Part shown: positions 52,747 through 61,029 of the stretch, one piece after another
Layout of the letters: each line of letters opens with the position of its first letter
Numbering within the stretch: position 1 is the stretch's first letter
NCBI GenBank assembly: GCA_035529075.1
Contig: DATKXK010000005.1
Location: forward strand, 68,981 to 132,980
Direction of reading: 5' to 3'
DNA: 64,000 nt
Origin: Acidobacteriota bacterium
Lineage (GTDB): Bacteria > Zixibacteria > MSB-5A5 > GN15 > FEB-12
The notes under the pieces: model-generated
Told to the model about the DNA's origin: nothing
Databases searched by the model: none
What the model saw: the letters and a program-made list of their open reading frames with translations, nothing else
Program-made: the position numbers and the translations under genes

Positions 52747-53358
52747 ATGAGTTTACGGAAGGTACTGTTTCACGGGTTCTGGAAAGACCTGCCGCCGTTT
52801 CGTCTGGTCCTGGGTCTGTGCCCGTCTCTGGCCGTGACTTCATCGGCCGAGAACGGTCTGGGTATGGGACTGGCGGCGACGTTCGTGCTCGTCTTTTCCA
52901 ATCTGTTTATCTCCGTGCTGCGCAAAATGATCCCGGACAAGGTACGCATTGCCAGTTACATCGTGGTTATCGCCACCCTGACTGTTCTCGTGGAGATGGC
53001 GATGAAGGCGTACTTCTTCCCGCTTTCGCAGCAGTTGGGAATTTACATTCCCCTGATCGTCGTTAACTGCATTATTCTCGGCCGGGCGGAAGCGTACGCC
53101 TCGAAGAACCCGCCTCACCTCTCGATTGTTGATGGCATCAGCATCGGGTTGGGTTTCACGATTTCGCTGACGGTGGTCGGATCGATCCGTGAGATTCTGG
53201 GTGCCGGGCAGTGGTTTGGCACGTACGTTCTCTGGGACAGCTACGAGCCGTTTGAGTTCATGATCAAGGCCCCGGGTGCCTTTATCTGCCTGGGCGTGCT
53301 GTTGGGTCTGATGAACGCATACAGCCGCATGCGCGGTGAAACCTTCATACAGTCGTAG
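52747..53358 (+). CDS. rnfE: RnfE subunit
   Basis: LVLGLCPSLAVT, GLGMGLAATFVL, LGIYIPLIVVNCIILGRAEAYA. Confidence 0.9.
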   Translation: MSLRKVLFHGFWKDLPPFRLVLGLCPSLAVTSSAENGLGMGLAATFVLVFSNLFISVLRKMIPDKVRIASYIVVIATLTVLVEMAMKAYFFPLSQQLGIYIPLIVVNCIILGRAEAYASKNPPHLSIVDGISIGLGFTISLTVVGSIREILGAGQWFGTYVLWDSYEPFEFMIKAPGAFICLGVLLGLMNAYSRMRGETFIQS

Positions 53359-53367
53359 GAGGTACTG

Positions 53368-53943
53368 ATGGACCTGTTGTTGCTCGCGATCAGTGCGATC
53401 TTTGTGAACAATATCCTCCTGGCCCAGTACCTCGGCAACTGCCCCTTCTGCGGCGTCTCCAAGAAGCTGAACACGTCCATCGGGATGGGGGTGGCGGTGA
53501 TCTTTGTGGTGGCGCTGGCCTCGGTGTTCACGTGGCTGGTTTACTACTACGTTTTGAAACCGTACGATATGGAGTTCATCCAAACCCTCGTCTTCATTCT
53601 GATTATCGCGTCGCTCGTTCAGTTTGTGGAGATCTTTCTTAAGAAGCAGAGTAAGGCGCTGTACAACGCGTTGGGGATCTACCTGCCGCTGATCACGACG
53701 AACTGCGCCGTCATGGGCATCGCACTGCTTAATATCAAGCACGAATTCAACTTCATCGAGATGGTGATATTCTCAGTTGCCAGTTCCGCAGGTTTTGCCC
53801 TGGCGATCATACTGTTCGCCGGGCTGCGGGAGCGGCTGCTGGTCTCACCGGTCCCTCGGGCCATGCAGGGGACAGCCGTGGCGCTTCTGACGGCCGGTAT
53901 CATGTCGCTGGCGTTCTTGGGCTTTTACGGTATGGTTCAGTGA
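53368..53943 (+). CDS. rnfA: RnfA subunit
   Basis: NNILLAQYLGNCPFCGVS, LGIYLPLITTNCAVMG, GFALAIILFAGLRERL. Confidence 0.9.
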   Translation: MDLLLLAISAIFVNNILLAQYLGNCPFCGVSKKLNTSIGMGVAVIFVVALASVFTWLVYYYVLKPYDMEFIQTLVFILIIASLVQFVEIFLKKQSKALYNALGIYLPLITTNCAVMGIALLNIKHEFNFIEMVIFSVASSAGFALAIILFAGLRERLLVSPVPRAMQGTAVALLTAGIMSLAFLGFYGMVQ

Positions 53944-53958
53944 GATAGAAAGTAGGGT

Positions 53959-56058
53959 ATGGGCATGCTGGAGTCAGTTGTACTCCTTGCGGGAATTGGA
54001 TTTGTAGCGGCGATTGGTCTGGGCATTGCCGGGATAATCTTCTACGTCAAGGAAGATCCTCGCATAAAGGGCGTTCAGAACATCCTCCCCGGCGCCAACT
54101 GCGGAGGTTGCGGGTTTGCGGGTTGCGCGGCTTGCGCCGAGGCCATTGTCAGGGGGGAAGCTGAGGCAAACGCCTGCGTCGTGGGCCAGACGGAGGTCGC
54201 CACGGAAGTCGCGGATTATCTTGGTCTGTCTCCGGTCGACTCGGAACCGCAGGTGGCCAATCCCGACTGCCAGGGCGGGCTCCGCGCCTCCAGAAAGTAC
54301 GACTACCTGGGCTTCGACGACTGCCGGGCCGCCATGTTGTACTACCACGGGCCGGTGGCGTGTGAGCATGGCTGCATGGGCTTCGGAACCTGCATCAAGG
54401 CGTGCAAGTTCAACGCCATTATGATGGGCGAGAACAACCTGCCACGGTTCAATCCGGAACTGTGCGTGGGCTGCGGCCAGTGCGTGGCGGCCTGCCCCAA
54501 GGGCATCATCTCACTCATCTCCGCCAAGGCCAAGATCCTGCACTGGAATCAGTACACCGAGTGCCTGTCTCCCTGCCGACAGAAGTGCCCGGCTCAGGTC
54601 AACATCCCGAAGTATATCCAGCATATCAGACGCGGTGAATACGCTCAGGCCCTGCTGACAATCAAGGAAAGCAACCCTATGCCGTTAAGCATCGGGCGGG
54701 TCTGCCCCGAACCGTGCGCCCTGGCCTGCCGGCGTACCATCAATGACGAACCCGTGGCTATCAACTACCTCAAGCGGTTTGTCGCCGACTGGGAGATGCA
54801 CTCCGGCCGTCGTCTCCGCATTCCCGTGGCGGCCGGCACGGGCAAGAAGGTGGCCGTGATCGGGGGCGGCCCGGGCGGTCTCTCGGCCGCGTTCTATCTC
54901 AAGCGCCTCGGCCATGAGGTGACAATCTTCGAAAAAAAGCCCCAACTCGGAGGCATGTTGCGTTACGGCATTCCCGAGTACCGGCTGCCCAAGAAGATTC
55001 TCGACTGGGAGATCGAAGGTATCCTCCAGTTGGGAATCACCGCCACTGCCAACGTGGAGTTCGGCAAGGACTTCACGATTGATTTCCTGCGCGCCGAGGG
55101 GTATGACGCCGTTTTCATCGCGGTCGGGGCCTGGAACGAGTCTGAACTGAAGGTCGAGGGCCGCGATCTGAAGGGTGTGGTCGGCGGCATCGGGTTTCTC
55201 GAGCGGTTCCACACCGGTGAAGAGGTTGAGATCGGCAATCACGTGGTTGTGATAGGCGGTGGCAATACGGCTATTGACGCTGCGCGCAGTTCCCTGCGGC
55301 TGGGTGCACAGACCGTCACCATCGTGTATCGCCGGTCGAGGGACGAAATGCCCGCCAATCCTGCCGAGATCATTGCCGCTGAAGAAGAGAACATTCAGTT
55401 CCAGTTCCTGAGTGCTCCCAACCGTGTGCTTGGTGAGGACGGCCGGGTAGCGGGCCTGGAAGTCCTGAAAATGCGCCTGGGCGAGCCCGATCCCAGCGGC
55501 CGGCGAAGGCCCGTCCCGATTGAGGGGTCAGAAGAAGTTGTCCAGTGCGATATGATCGTCGAGGCCGTCGGCCAGTACCCGGATCTGGACTGCCTCAAGC
55601 AAGCGGGATCGCCCAGTCTCCAGGTCACCAAGTGGAACACGATTGACGCGCAGGAAGCGACCCTGCAGACGGACGTTCCCTACATCTTTACCGGCGGTGA
55701 CTGCTTCACCGGTCCGGGTCTCGTGGTGGAGGCCATAGGCGCCGGGCGCTATGCCGCGCGTTCCATCCACTACTACATGATGGATGACGAGATTCGGCCG
55801 ATTCGGGATCGTCAGCGCGAGATCATTCCGGACTCGCTGCACAAGTCAATTATCGGTGTTGCAGCCTTGCCCCGCGTCCATGAACCGATAGTCACACTTG
55901 AAGACCGGCTGGGAACATTCAAGGAGGTGGAGGGGACCATCGACGAGGAGGATGCCCGGTACGAAGCCACGCGGTGCCTGAACTGCGGCATCTTTTGTTA
56001 CGATCACGACCAGGAGGTCGAGCGACTGGCCCAACTGGAGGCGGCCGAAACGACTTAG
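53959..56058 (+). CDS. rnfB: RnfB fused to a GltD-like (glutamate synthase small-subunit-type) NAD(P)H/FAD oxidoreductase module
   Basis: Residues 1-190 are the TM anchor, LPGANCGGCGFAGCAACAEAI (RnfB-type cluster), CEHGCMGFGTCIKAC and CVGCGQCVAACP. Residues ~195-640 carry SPCRQKCPAQVNIPKYI...GRVCPEPCALACRR, KKVAVIGGGPGGLSAAFYL..EKKPQLGGMLRYGIPEYRLPK, VVVIGGGNTAIDAARS and IFTGGDC. 699 aa, against ~190-330 aa for ordinary RnfB. Confidence 0.88.
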   Translation: MGMLESVVLLAGIGFVAAIGLGIAGIIFYVKEDPRIKGVQNILPGANCGGCGFAGCAACAEAIVRGEAEANACVVGQTEVATEVADYLGLSPVDSEPQVANPDCQGGLRASRKYDYLGFDDCRAAMLYYHGPVACEHGCMGFGTCIKACKFNAIMMGENNLPRFNPELCVGCGQCVAACPKGIISLISAKAKILHWNQYTECLSPCRQKCPAQVNIPKYIQHIRRGEYAQALLTIKESNPMPLSIGRVCPEPCALACRRTINDEPVAINYLKRFVADWEMHSGRRLRIPVAAGTGKKVAVIGGGPGGLSAAFYLKRLGHEVTIFEKKPQLGGMLRYGIPEYRLPKKILDWEIEGILQLGITATANVEFGKDFTIDFLRAEGYDAVFIAVGAWNESELKVEGRDLKGVVGGIGFLERFHTGEEVEIGNHVVVIGGGNTAIDAARSSLRLGAQTVTIVYRRSRDEMPANPAEIIAAEEENIQFQFLSAPNRVLGEDGRVAGLEVLKMRLGEPDPSGRRRPVPIEGSEEVVQCDMIVEAVGQYPDLDCLKQAGSPSLQVTKWNTIDAQEATLQTDVPYIFTGGDCFTGPGLVVEAIGAGRYAARSIHYYMMDDEIRPIRDRQREIIPDSLHKSIIGVAALPRVHEPIVTLEDRLGTFKEVEGTIDEEDARYEATRCLNCGIFCYDHDQEVERLAQLEAAETT

Positions 56059-56099
56059 CGGTGCGACCGGCTCCCCGCCTGACCTGATTTCACTGACGG

Positions 56100-56133
56100 C
56101 GGCCGGTCCTTTCGGGCTGGCCGTTTGTGTGTT
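56100..56133 (+). terminator. Intrinsic terminator closing the Rnf-type operon
   Basis: cggccggtcc-tttc-gggctggccg (10-bp stem including 2 G-U pairs) followed by TTTGTGTGTT, 42 nt after the rnfB stop. Confidence 0.6.
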
Positions 56134-56149
56134 ATATCTCCCAAAATAG

Positions 56150-56164
56150 TTGCCAAAGTGGCAA
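56150..56164. promoter_or_regulatory. Perfect palindrome TTGCCA-aag-TGGCAA upstream of the SDR gene (possible operator)
   Basis: 6+3+6 inverted repeat, 82 nt upstream of the ATG at 56246. No binding protein can be assigned. Confidence 0.3.
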
Positions 56165-56245
56165 ACAATCGCCCATTATAAGGCGGTGCCGGCGCGCGAC
56201 TGACCGTCAGGCAGCCAGTCGCTTGAACATCAGCCGGATCGAAAT

Positions 56246-57940
56246 ATGGATACGAATCTACCCGGGATCATAGTTACGGGCGCGTCCGGTTTCATCGGGC
56301 GGCACTTTCTGGAGGCGGTGGCCGGTAAATTCCGTCTCTTCTGCCTGGCGCGCCGTTCGCAAAAGGAAGCGGGTATTCCCAGGGATGACAACATCCGCTG
56401 GACCCAGGTCGACATCGCCAAATGGGACACTCTCAGAGAGGTCGTGCAATGCGTGAAGACCAACGGGGGTGCGGATTTCGTCCTGCACCTGGCCGGCTAC
56501 TATGACTTCAGCAACGCCGACAACCCGGAATACGAACGGACCAACGTCAACGGCACGCGCAACGTCCTGAAGCTGGCAAAACAGATCGGCACGCGCCGTT
56601 TCATCTTCGCCAGTTCCCTGGCGGCCTGTACGTTTCCGCGTGACGGCGGGGTGGTCAACGAAGAGAGTGCGCCAGACGCCACTTTTCCGTATGCGTCCAG
56701 CAAACGGCTGGGCGAAGAGATGATGCAGGAGTACTCCGAGTGGTTTCCGTGCACGACCGTCCGTTTGGCCGCAATCTACAGCGACTGGTGCGAGTATCCT
56801 CCGGTATACGTGTTTCTCGGTACCTGGCTGTCCGGCCGCTGGAATTCGCGCATCCTCGGCGGCCGGGGAATGTCCGCCGTGACGTATCTTCACATCCAGG
56901 ACCTGATCAGGTTCTTTCTAAAGATAATCGACCAGACCGATCGCTTGCCGCGGATGTGCACCCTGGTGGCAAGCCCGAACGGATTCACGACTCATCACGA
57001 GCTTTTCAAAACGGCCACGCGGTATTTCTACGGCCGGGACATCCGGCCGATTCGCATGCCTAAGGTCCTGGCCACGCCGGGCATGGTCTTGCGCCATGCC
57101 ATAGGGAAGCTCTTCGGCAGGCCGCCGTTCGAGCGCCTGTGGATGGTGGCGTACATTGACAAGAAACTGAACGTCGACGCCTCAGGAACGCACGCCGACC
57201 TCGGCTGGCAGCCGACCGCCCGGCACGGCATTCTCCGGCGCCTGCTGTTCCTGATGGAAAACATGAAGAATCACCCCGACGGCTGGCATTTGCGGAACGA
57301 AGCCGTGCTGCGGCGGGTGACCGAGCGGCCGAATCTCACCATTTACGAACTGCTTATCGAGTCCCGCGAGGCGCTCATTGATGAAATGCTCAAGTTCATC
57401 CTGGCCCCCGCCAACGCCGGGCGGCTCAACCGCTACCAGAGGATGGATAAGGACCTGCTCAAGTGGTACGTCACCCTCGTGTACCAGCTGGTGGCTACGG
57501 TCGTGCGAACCCGCGACCGGACGCTGATGCGCAATTACGCCGAGGTCATAGCGTATCGCCGGTTCGTGGAAGGATTCGAGGTTCGCGAGGTTTGTGACTT
57601 TCTCATGTCTATAGGTGACATGATGCGTGAGGCACTGGAGCCACGGTCCGAGCTCAGGGACATGCCGCAACGGGTGTACGACCACATCACCATGACTTTC
57701 CAATTGGCGGTGGACGAGATCGAGGACTCTTACGAGTTCCTGGCTGCCCAGACACCTGAATACCTGCAGCGGCTCAGGGAAGTGCCGTTACCGACACACA
57801 GCGGCGATCTCGAGCGCATTGTCCATCAACTGGAGGACATCTGCCAGGACATGTTCGAGGACCGGCTGAGCACGGAGGCCCGCAAGCTCCGGGGCGCGCC
57901 CCTCTCCCGCAGTGACACCCCGCATTATCATGATCTGTAG
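56246..57940 (+). CDS. NAD-dependent epimerase/dehydratase (extended SDR) fused to a ~230-aa helical C-terminal domain of unknown function
   Basis: IIVTGASGFIGRHF (GxxGxxG), YASSK (YxxxK). Residues ~330-564 are helical and not SDR-like. Confidence 0.8.
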   Translation: MDTNLPGIIVTGASGFIGRHFLEAVAGKFRLFCLARRSQKEAGIPRDDNIRWTQVDIAKWDTLREVVQCVKTNGGADFVLHLAGYYDFSNADNPEYERTNVNGTRNVLKLAKQIGTRRFIFASSLAACTFPRDGGVVNEESAPDATFPYASSKRLGEEMMQEYSEWFPCTTVRLAAIYSDWCEYPPVYVFLGTWLSGRWNSRILGGRGMSAVTYLHIQDLIRFFLKIIDQTDRLPRMCTLVASPNGFTTHHELFKTATRYFYGRDIRPIRMPKVLATPGMVLRHAIGKLFGRPPFERLWMVAYIDKKLNVDASGTHADLGWQPTARHGILRRLLFLMENMKNHPDGWHLRNEAVLRRVTERPNLTIYELLIESREALIDEMLKFILAPANAGRLNRYQRMDKDLLKWYVTLVYQLVATVVRTRDRTLMRNYAEVIAYRRFVEGFEVREVCDFLMSIGDMMREALEPRSELRDMPQRVYDHITMTFQLAVDEIEDSYEFLAAQTPEYLQRLREVPLPTHSGDLERIVHQLEDICQDMFEDRLSTEARKLRGAPLSRSDTPHYHDL

Positions 57941-57946
57941 GGTCGC

Positions 57947-58162
57947 GTGGTGCCGACTTTCCGCGCGCGGCCGTTCTACTGCCTGCCTCTTCGGGAGGCG
58001 CTCGATCAGCTGCGGGAGGATGACCTTCAACGCGTGATAACGCCCGAGGGCAGCGAGGGAGTGAGCATCCCGCTCTGGCGTTCATATTGGTTCGACATCC
58101 GGCACGACTTCGAACACGGCGGGCAGATTTTCCAGATTAAGAACGAGTACCTGAGGAGATGA
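57947..58162 (+). CDS. Small hypothetical protein (DinB-like C-terminal His motif?)
   Basis: 71-aa GTG-start ORF wedged 6 nt after the SDR stop and 1 nt before the next ATG. HDFEHGGQI resembles the end of DinB-fold proteins. Coding status uncertain. Confidence 0.35.
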   Translation: MVPTFRARPFYCLPLREALDQLREDDLQRVITPEGSEGVSIPLWRSYWFDIRHDFEHGGQIFQIKNEYLRR

Positions 58163-58163
58163 C

Positions 58164-58706
58164 ATGGCACTTAAGGCAGAAGACTCCGTGTTGGTGGTTA
58201 TCGATGTCCAGGGCAGGCTGGCCACCCTGATGCATCGGAAAGAAGAATTCTTCGAGAACCTCGTGAAAATGATCAGGGGAGCGCAGGTCCTGGGGATCCC
58301 GATTCTCTGGAACGAGCAACTCCCGGACAAGCTGGGTTCGACCATTCCGGAAATCCGGGACGTGCTGGCCGGCCAGGCACCGTTGATCAAGAGCACGTTC
58401 AGCTGCTGCGGCAGCGATGATTTCGCACGGCAACTGGGGTCGCTAAACCGCAACCAGGTCCTGCTCGTCGGCATGGAGACACACGTCTGCGTGTATCAGA
58501 CGGCTCGCGACCTTCTGGCCAAAGGATACGAGGTTCATCTGGTGGCCGACTGCGTTTCCTCGCGCACTCCGGAGAACAAGAAGATCGGTATAGACGCGAT
58601 CAAGGACTGCGGCGCCGGGATCACGAGCCTGGAGATGGCCCTTTTCGAGATGCTGCACGTGGCCGAAGGAGACGAGTTCAAACGGATCATTGAAATCGTC
58701 AAGTAG
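58164..58706 (+). CDS. Isochorismatase-family cysteine hydrolase
   Basis: VLVVIDVQ, QVLLVGMETHVCVYQTARDL (catalytic Cys context), 180 aa. Confidence 0.88.
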   Translation: MALKAEDSVLVVIDVQGRLATLMHRKEEFFENLVKMIRGAQVLGIPILWNEQLPDKLGSTIPEIRDVLAGQAPLIKSTFSCCGSDDFARQLGSLNRNQVLLVGMETHVCVYQTARDLLAKGYEVHLVADCVSSRTPENKKIGIDAIKDCGAGITSLEMALFEMLHVAEGDEFKRIIEIVK

Positions 58707-58755
58707 CCCAGTTCCCGAATCGCCGTCAACGCGCGGCGCGGCCCGCCCGGCGCCG

Positions 58756-59625
58756 TTATTCAGGCGTCGCGCGCGGCAGGCCATACGCCTGACTGATAAA
58801 TCGAAGCAACTCTTTCTCGATTCGTTCGTCGACGGCGGCATTCCGTTCAATTGCAAGGTTGTAGGCGTTGACGCGGTTGCCGTTGTAGTATCTCCGGAAC
58901 AGGAAGAGGAATGCCGAGAAGGCCGAGACGTACCTCTCGTTGACGGCATAGTAGCCGGTCAGGTAACCCAGGGCGCCGTTGAGCAGCGCGGCATTCAGGC
59001 CGTCGCCCCAGGCCCCGCAGTAGATTTGCCCCGCCCCCGGAAGCAGCGTGGAGAACAGCATGGCGGTAGCAGGTGATTTGTAGCCGCCCGGCGATGCTCT
59101 GACGAGAGTCGATTCGATGGCGGCCGGCATACCGATATTGCTCTCGGGCAGCGAGCGGCAAGCGCTGAGAGCGGTGGCCCAGTCGTGGCGCAGAATCGCG
59201 GTCACCAACCGCAGCATCATGGCACGACCTGTCGCGTCTTCATAGCGTGAGAAACGCAGGACCTGCTCCATATCCCGTCCGGCCGCAGGATAGTCACGAA
59301 ACATCACGTGGACAACCGCCCGATCGAGTCTCCGCTGATCCAGCAGGCTGTCGGTCGCGGCGAGAAAGACGGCCGTATCCATAGCCGCAATCGCGCGATC
59401 GTGGTCGTCCAGATAGGCGTAGCAGAGGCCGATCCTGGCGTAAGATTCATCGAGAGACGGGTAATGCGGGTTGAAGAAGGCGTGTCTCGTGTATTCGGTT
59501 ATGGCGGCGTCGTAAGACTCCCTTGACATGAGGGAATCGGCCAGTGCCAGTATAGGGTCAGCAGCCCCGGCCGGAACGTGAAGGCCGACAAGCAGGACGG
59601 CGATCTTAAGGCAGGGTGATCTCAA
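58756..59625 (-). CDS. Exported TPR-like protein with C-terminal SxLLPGAGQxYCG membrane motif (paralogue of 59606-60505)
   Basis: The track ORF (to 59940) overlaps the upstream gene. A TTG at 59625 would give MRSPCLKIAVLLVGLHVPAGA (signal-like). The C-terminus has FSTLLPGAGQIYCGAWGDGLNAALLNGALGYLTGYY. Confidence 0.55.
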   Translation of the reverse strand: MRSPCLKIAVLLVGLHVPAGAADPILALADSLMSRESYDAAITEYTRHAFFNPHYPSLDESYARIGLCYAYLDDHDRAIAAMDTAVFLAATDSLLDQRRLDRAVVHVMFRDYPAAGRDMEQVLRFSRYEDATGRAMMLRLVTAILRHDWATALSACRSLPESNIGMPAAIESTLVRASPGGYKSPATAMLFSTLLPGAGQIYCGAWGDGLNAALLNGALGYLTGYYAVNERYVSAFSAFLFLFRRYYNGNRVNAYNLAIERNAAVDERIEKELLRFISQAYGLPRATPE

Positions 59626-60505
59626 CTTGCAGGCCTCGCAGGAAATCCTCGTGACTCCGGCGGTTGTACAGTTCCGCTGCGACCACGGAACCATAGACGT
59701 TGCCAAGGTAGAAACTCGTTCCGAGCACGCCGAAGATCCAGCCCCGGGTGGATCCGGATCCATCCTCGTGGAATCCGTCATAGGCCTGCCATGCCGTAAG
59801 CCCGACGAGCAGCAGTGAGTAGAAACCGTCGGCGGTGTGACCGCAGTACTTCTTGCCTGCTCCCGGCAAAAGGGCGGAATAGACTCCCGCCTGCAGTTTG
59901 CTTTTGGACGGCAACGACTGCGCCAGTATTGCCTTTTCACAAAGTTCGGCGATCATGGCCGCACGTCCGTCGGGGTTATAGTCAGGCAGCGACGTCTCTG
60001 CTTCCGCGAGCGGGCAGACGGTCCGGCGAGCCATCTCGAAATCACCCAGATAGAGATAGTCCGTGCCGGTGACGATGGCCGCAAGCCCGGCGTTGGCTAC
60101 GCCCCGATGGCCGGCCAGCGCCAGCGACCGCTCGTACTCACCGAGGTGAAACGCGACCACCGCCTGAAACAGGGGAACCTCGGCCGCAAACGGCGACCGG
60201 GGGTATTCTGCCGCAAGGGCGTCCAGAAGCCGCCGGCAGTGCCCGTAATCCCCGCCGAGGAATACGGCCTTGACCATGCGGTAGTATGTCGAGTCGGAAC
60301 TGCCCGGTGCGGTAAGCGAGAAGAGGTAACGCTGGTATTCGCCCGCCGCCCGAAGGTAGTCGCCGCGTTCGTACAGGTAATCCGCGAATCTTAACAGATT
60401 CTCCGAATTGAAATAATCGACCGGGCCGGTGCCTGCGGGCTCGGGAGCTTGAGAAAAGCACAGGGCGGGCCACAACAGTATGAAGCATGCAACAAGTCTA
60501 TTCAT
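59606..60505 (-). CDS. Exported TPR-like protein with C-terminal SxLLPGAGxxYCG membrane motif
   Basis: Signal peptide MNRLVACFILLWPALCFSQA. TPR-like YLYERGDYLRAAGEYQRYL. YSALLPGAGKKYCGHTADGFYSLLLVGLTAWQAY. Confidence 0.6.
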   Translation of the reverse strand: MNRLVACFILLWPALCFSQAPEPAGTGPVDYFNSENLLRFADYLYERGDYLRAAGEYQRYLFSLTAPGSSDSTYYRMVKAVFLGGDYGHCRRLLDALAAEYPRSPFAAEVPLFQAVVAFHLGEYERSLALAGHRGVANAGLAAIVTGTDYLYLGDFEMARRTVCPLAEAETSLPDYNPDGRAAMIAELCEKAILAQSLPSKSKLQAGVYSALLPGAGKKYCGHTADGFYSLLLVGLTAWQAYDGFHEDGSGSTRGWIFGVLGTSFYLGNVYGSVVAAELYNRRSHEDFLRGLQVEITLP

Positions 60506-60950
60506 CAGCTTCCGGACGGATATACCTGTAGACCGGGTCGTACAGCCTGTCAGATACAGTGCCGTTTGTGATCAGTGCCGGGTAATGCCGTTGGTTGACG
60601 CATCGGTGACAGCGGCTCAGACGGTCGGCGCCCAGCAGGATGCCCTTGAGCAACCCCCCCCTTCGTATTGCCTCTGCGGCAAACCTGGAGCACGAGGGAG
60701 TGAACCGGCATGACGGAACGTCCTGGGATGACACCGCGACCTGATACAGCCTTATCAGCCCGGTGCCGAAGATCTGCAGTTCCGACGTTTTCGTGAGCCC
60801 GGGGGACTCGTGCCTGGCAGCGGAGGCGTCCTGCCCGGCCCGGGAACTGAGTATGGTTTCAAGATCCCCTGCAATCGGCCTGGAAACCGCGCCCGCATTC
60901 CCCCACATGAAACCCAGGACGGCCAGGGTTACGACAAGCACTCTCCGCAT
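60498..60950 (-). CDS. yidD: YidD-like (membrane protein insertion efficiency factor family) protein with signal peptide and long extensions
   Basis: LIRLYQVAVSSQDVPSCRFTPSCSRFAAEAIRRGGLLKGILLGADRLSRCH matches the YidD core. 150 aa against ~80 aa typical. N-terminal MRRVLVVTLAVLGFMWGNAGA. 8-nt overlap with the downstream gene. Confidence 0.78.
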   Translation of the reverse strand: MRRVLVVTLAVLGFMWGNAGAVSRPIAGDLETILSSRAGQDASAARHESPGLTKTSELQIFGTGLIRLYQVAVSSQDVPSCRFTPSCSRFAAEAIRRGGLLKGILLGADRLSRCHRCVNQRHYPALITNGTVSDRLYDPVYRYIRPEADE

Positions 60951-61029
60951 GGAGAGAAACTACCTGATGCCGTCTCTGAGGTCAAGGGATGAGCTGTGGC
61001 CGGCACGCCCTGCAGAGCAGGCGGTCTGG

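Noticed and set aside
56159-56174. Sigma-54-like element TGGCA-N-...-GC overlapping the palindrome upstream of the SDR gene
   Set aside because: The GG-to-GC spacing is one nt short of the -24/-12 consensus and the -12 element reads TCGC rather than TTGC. It is better described simply as an inverted repeat.
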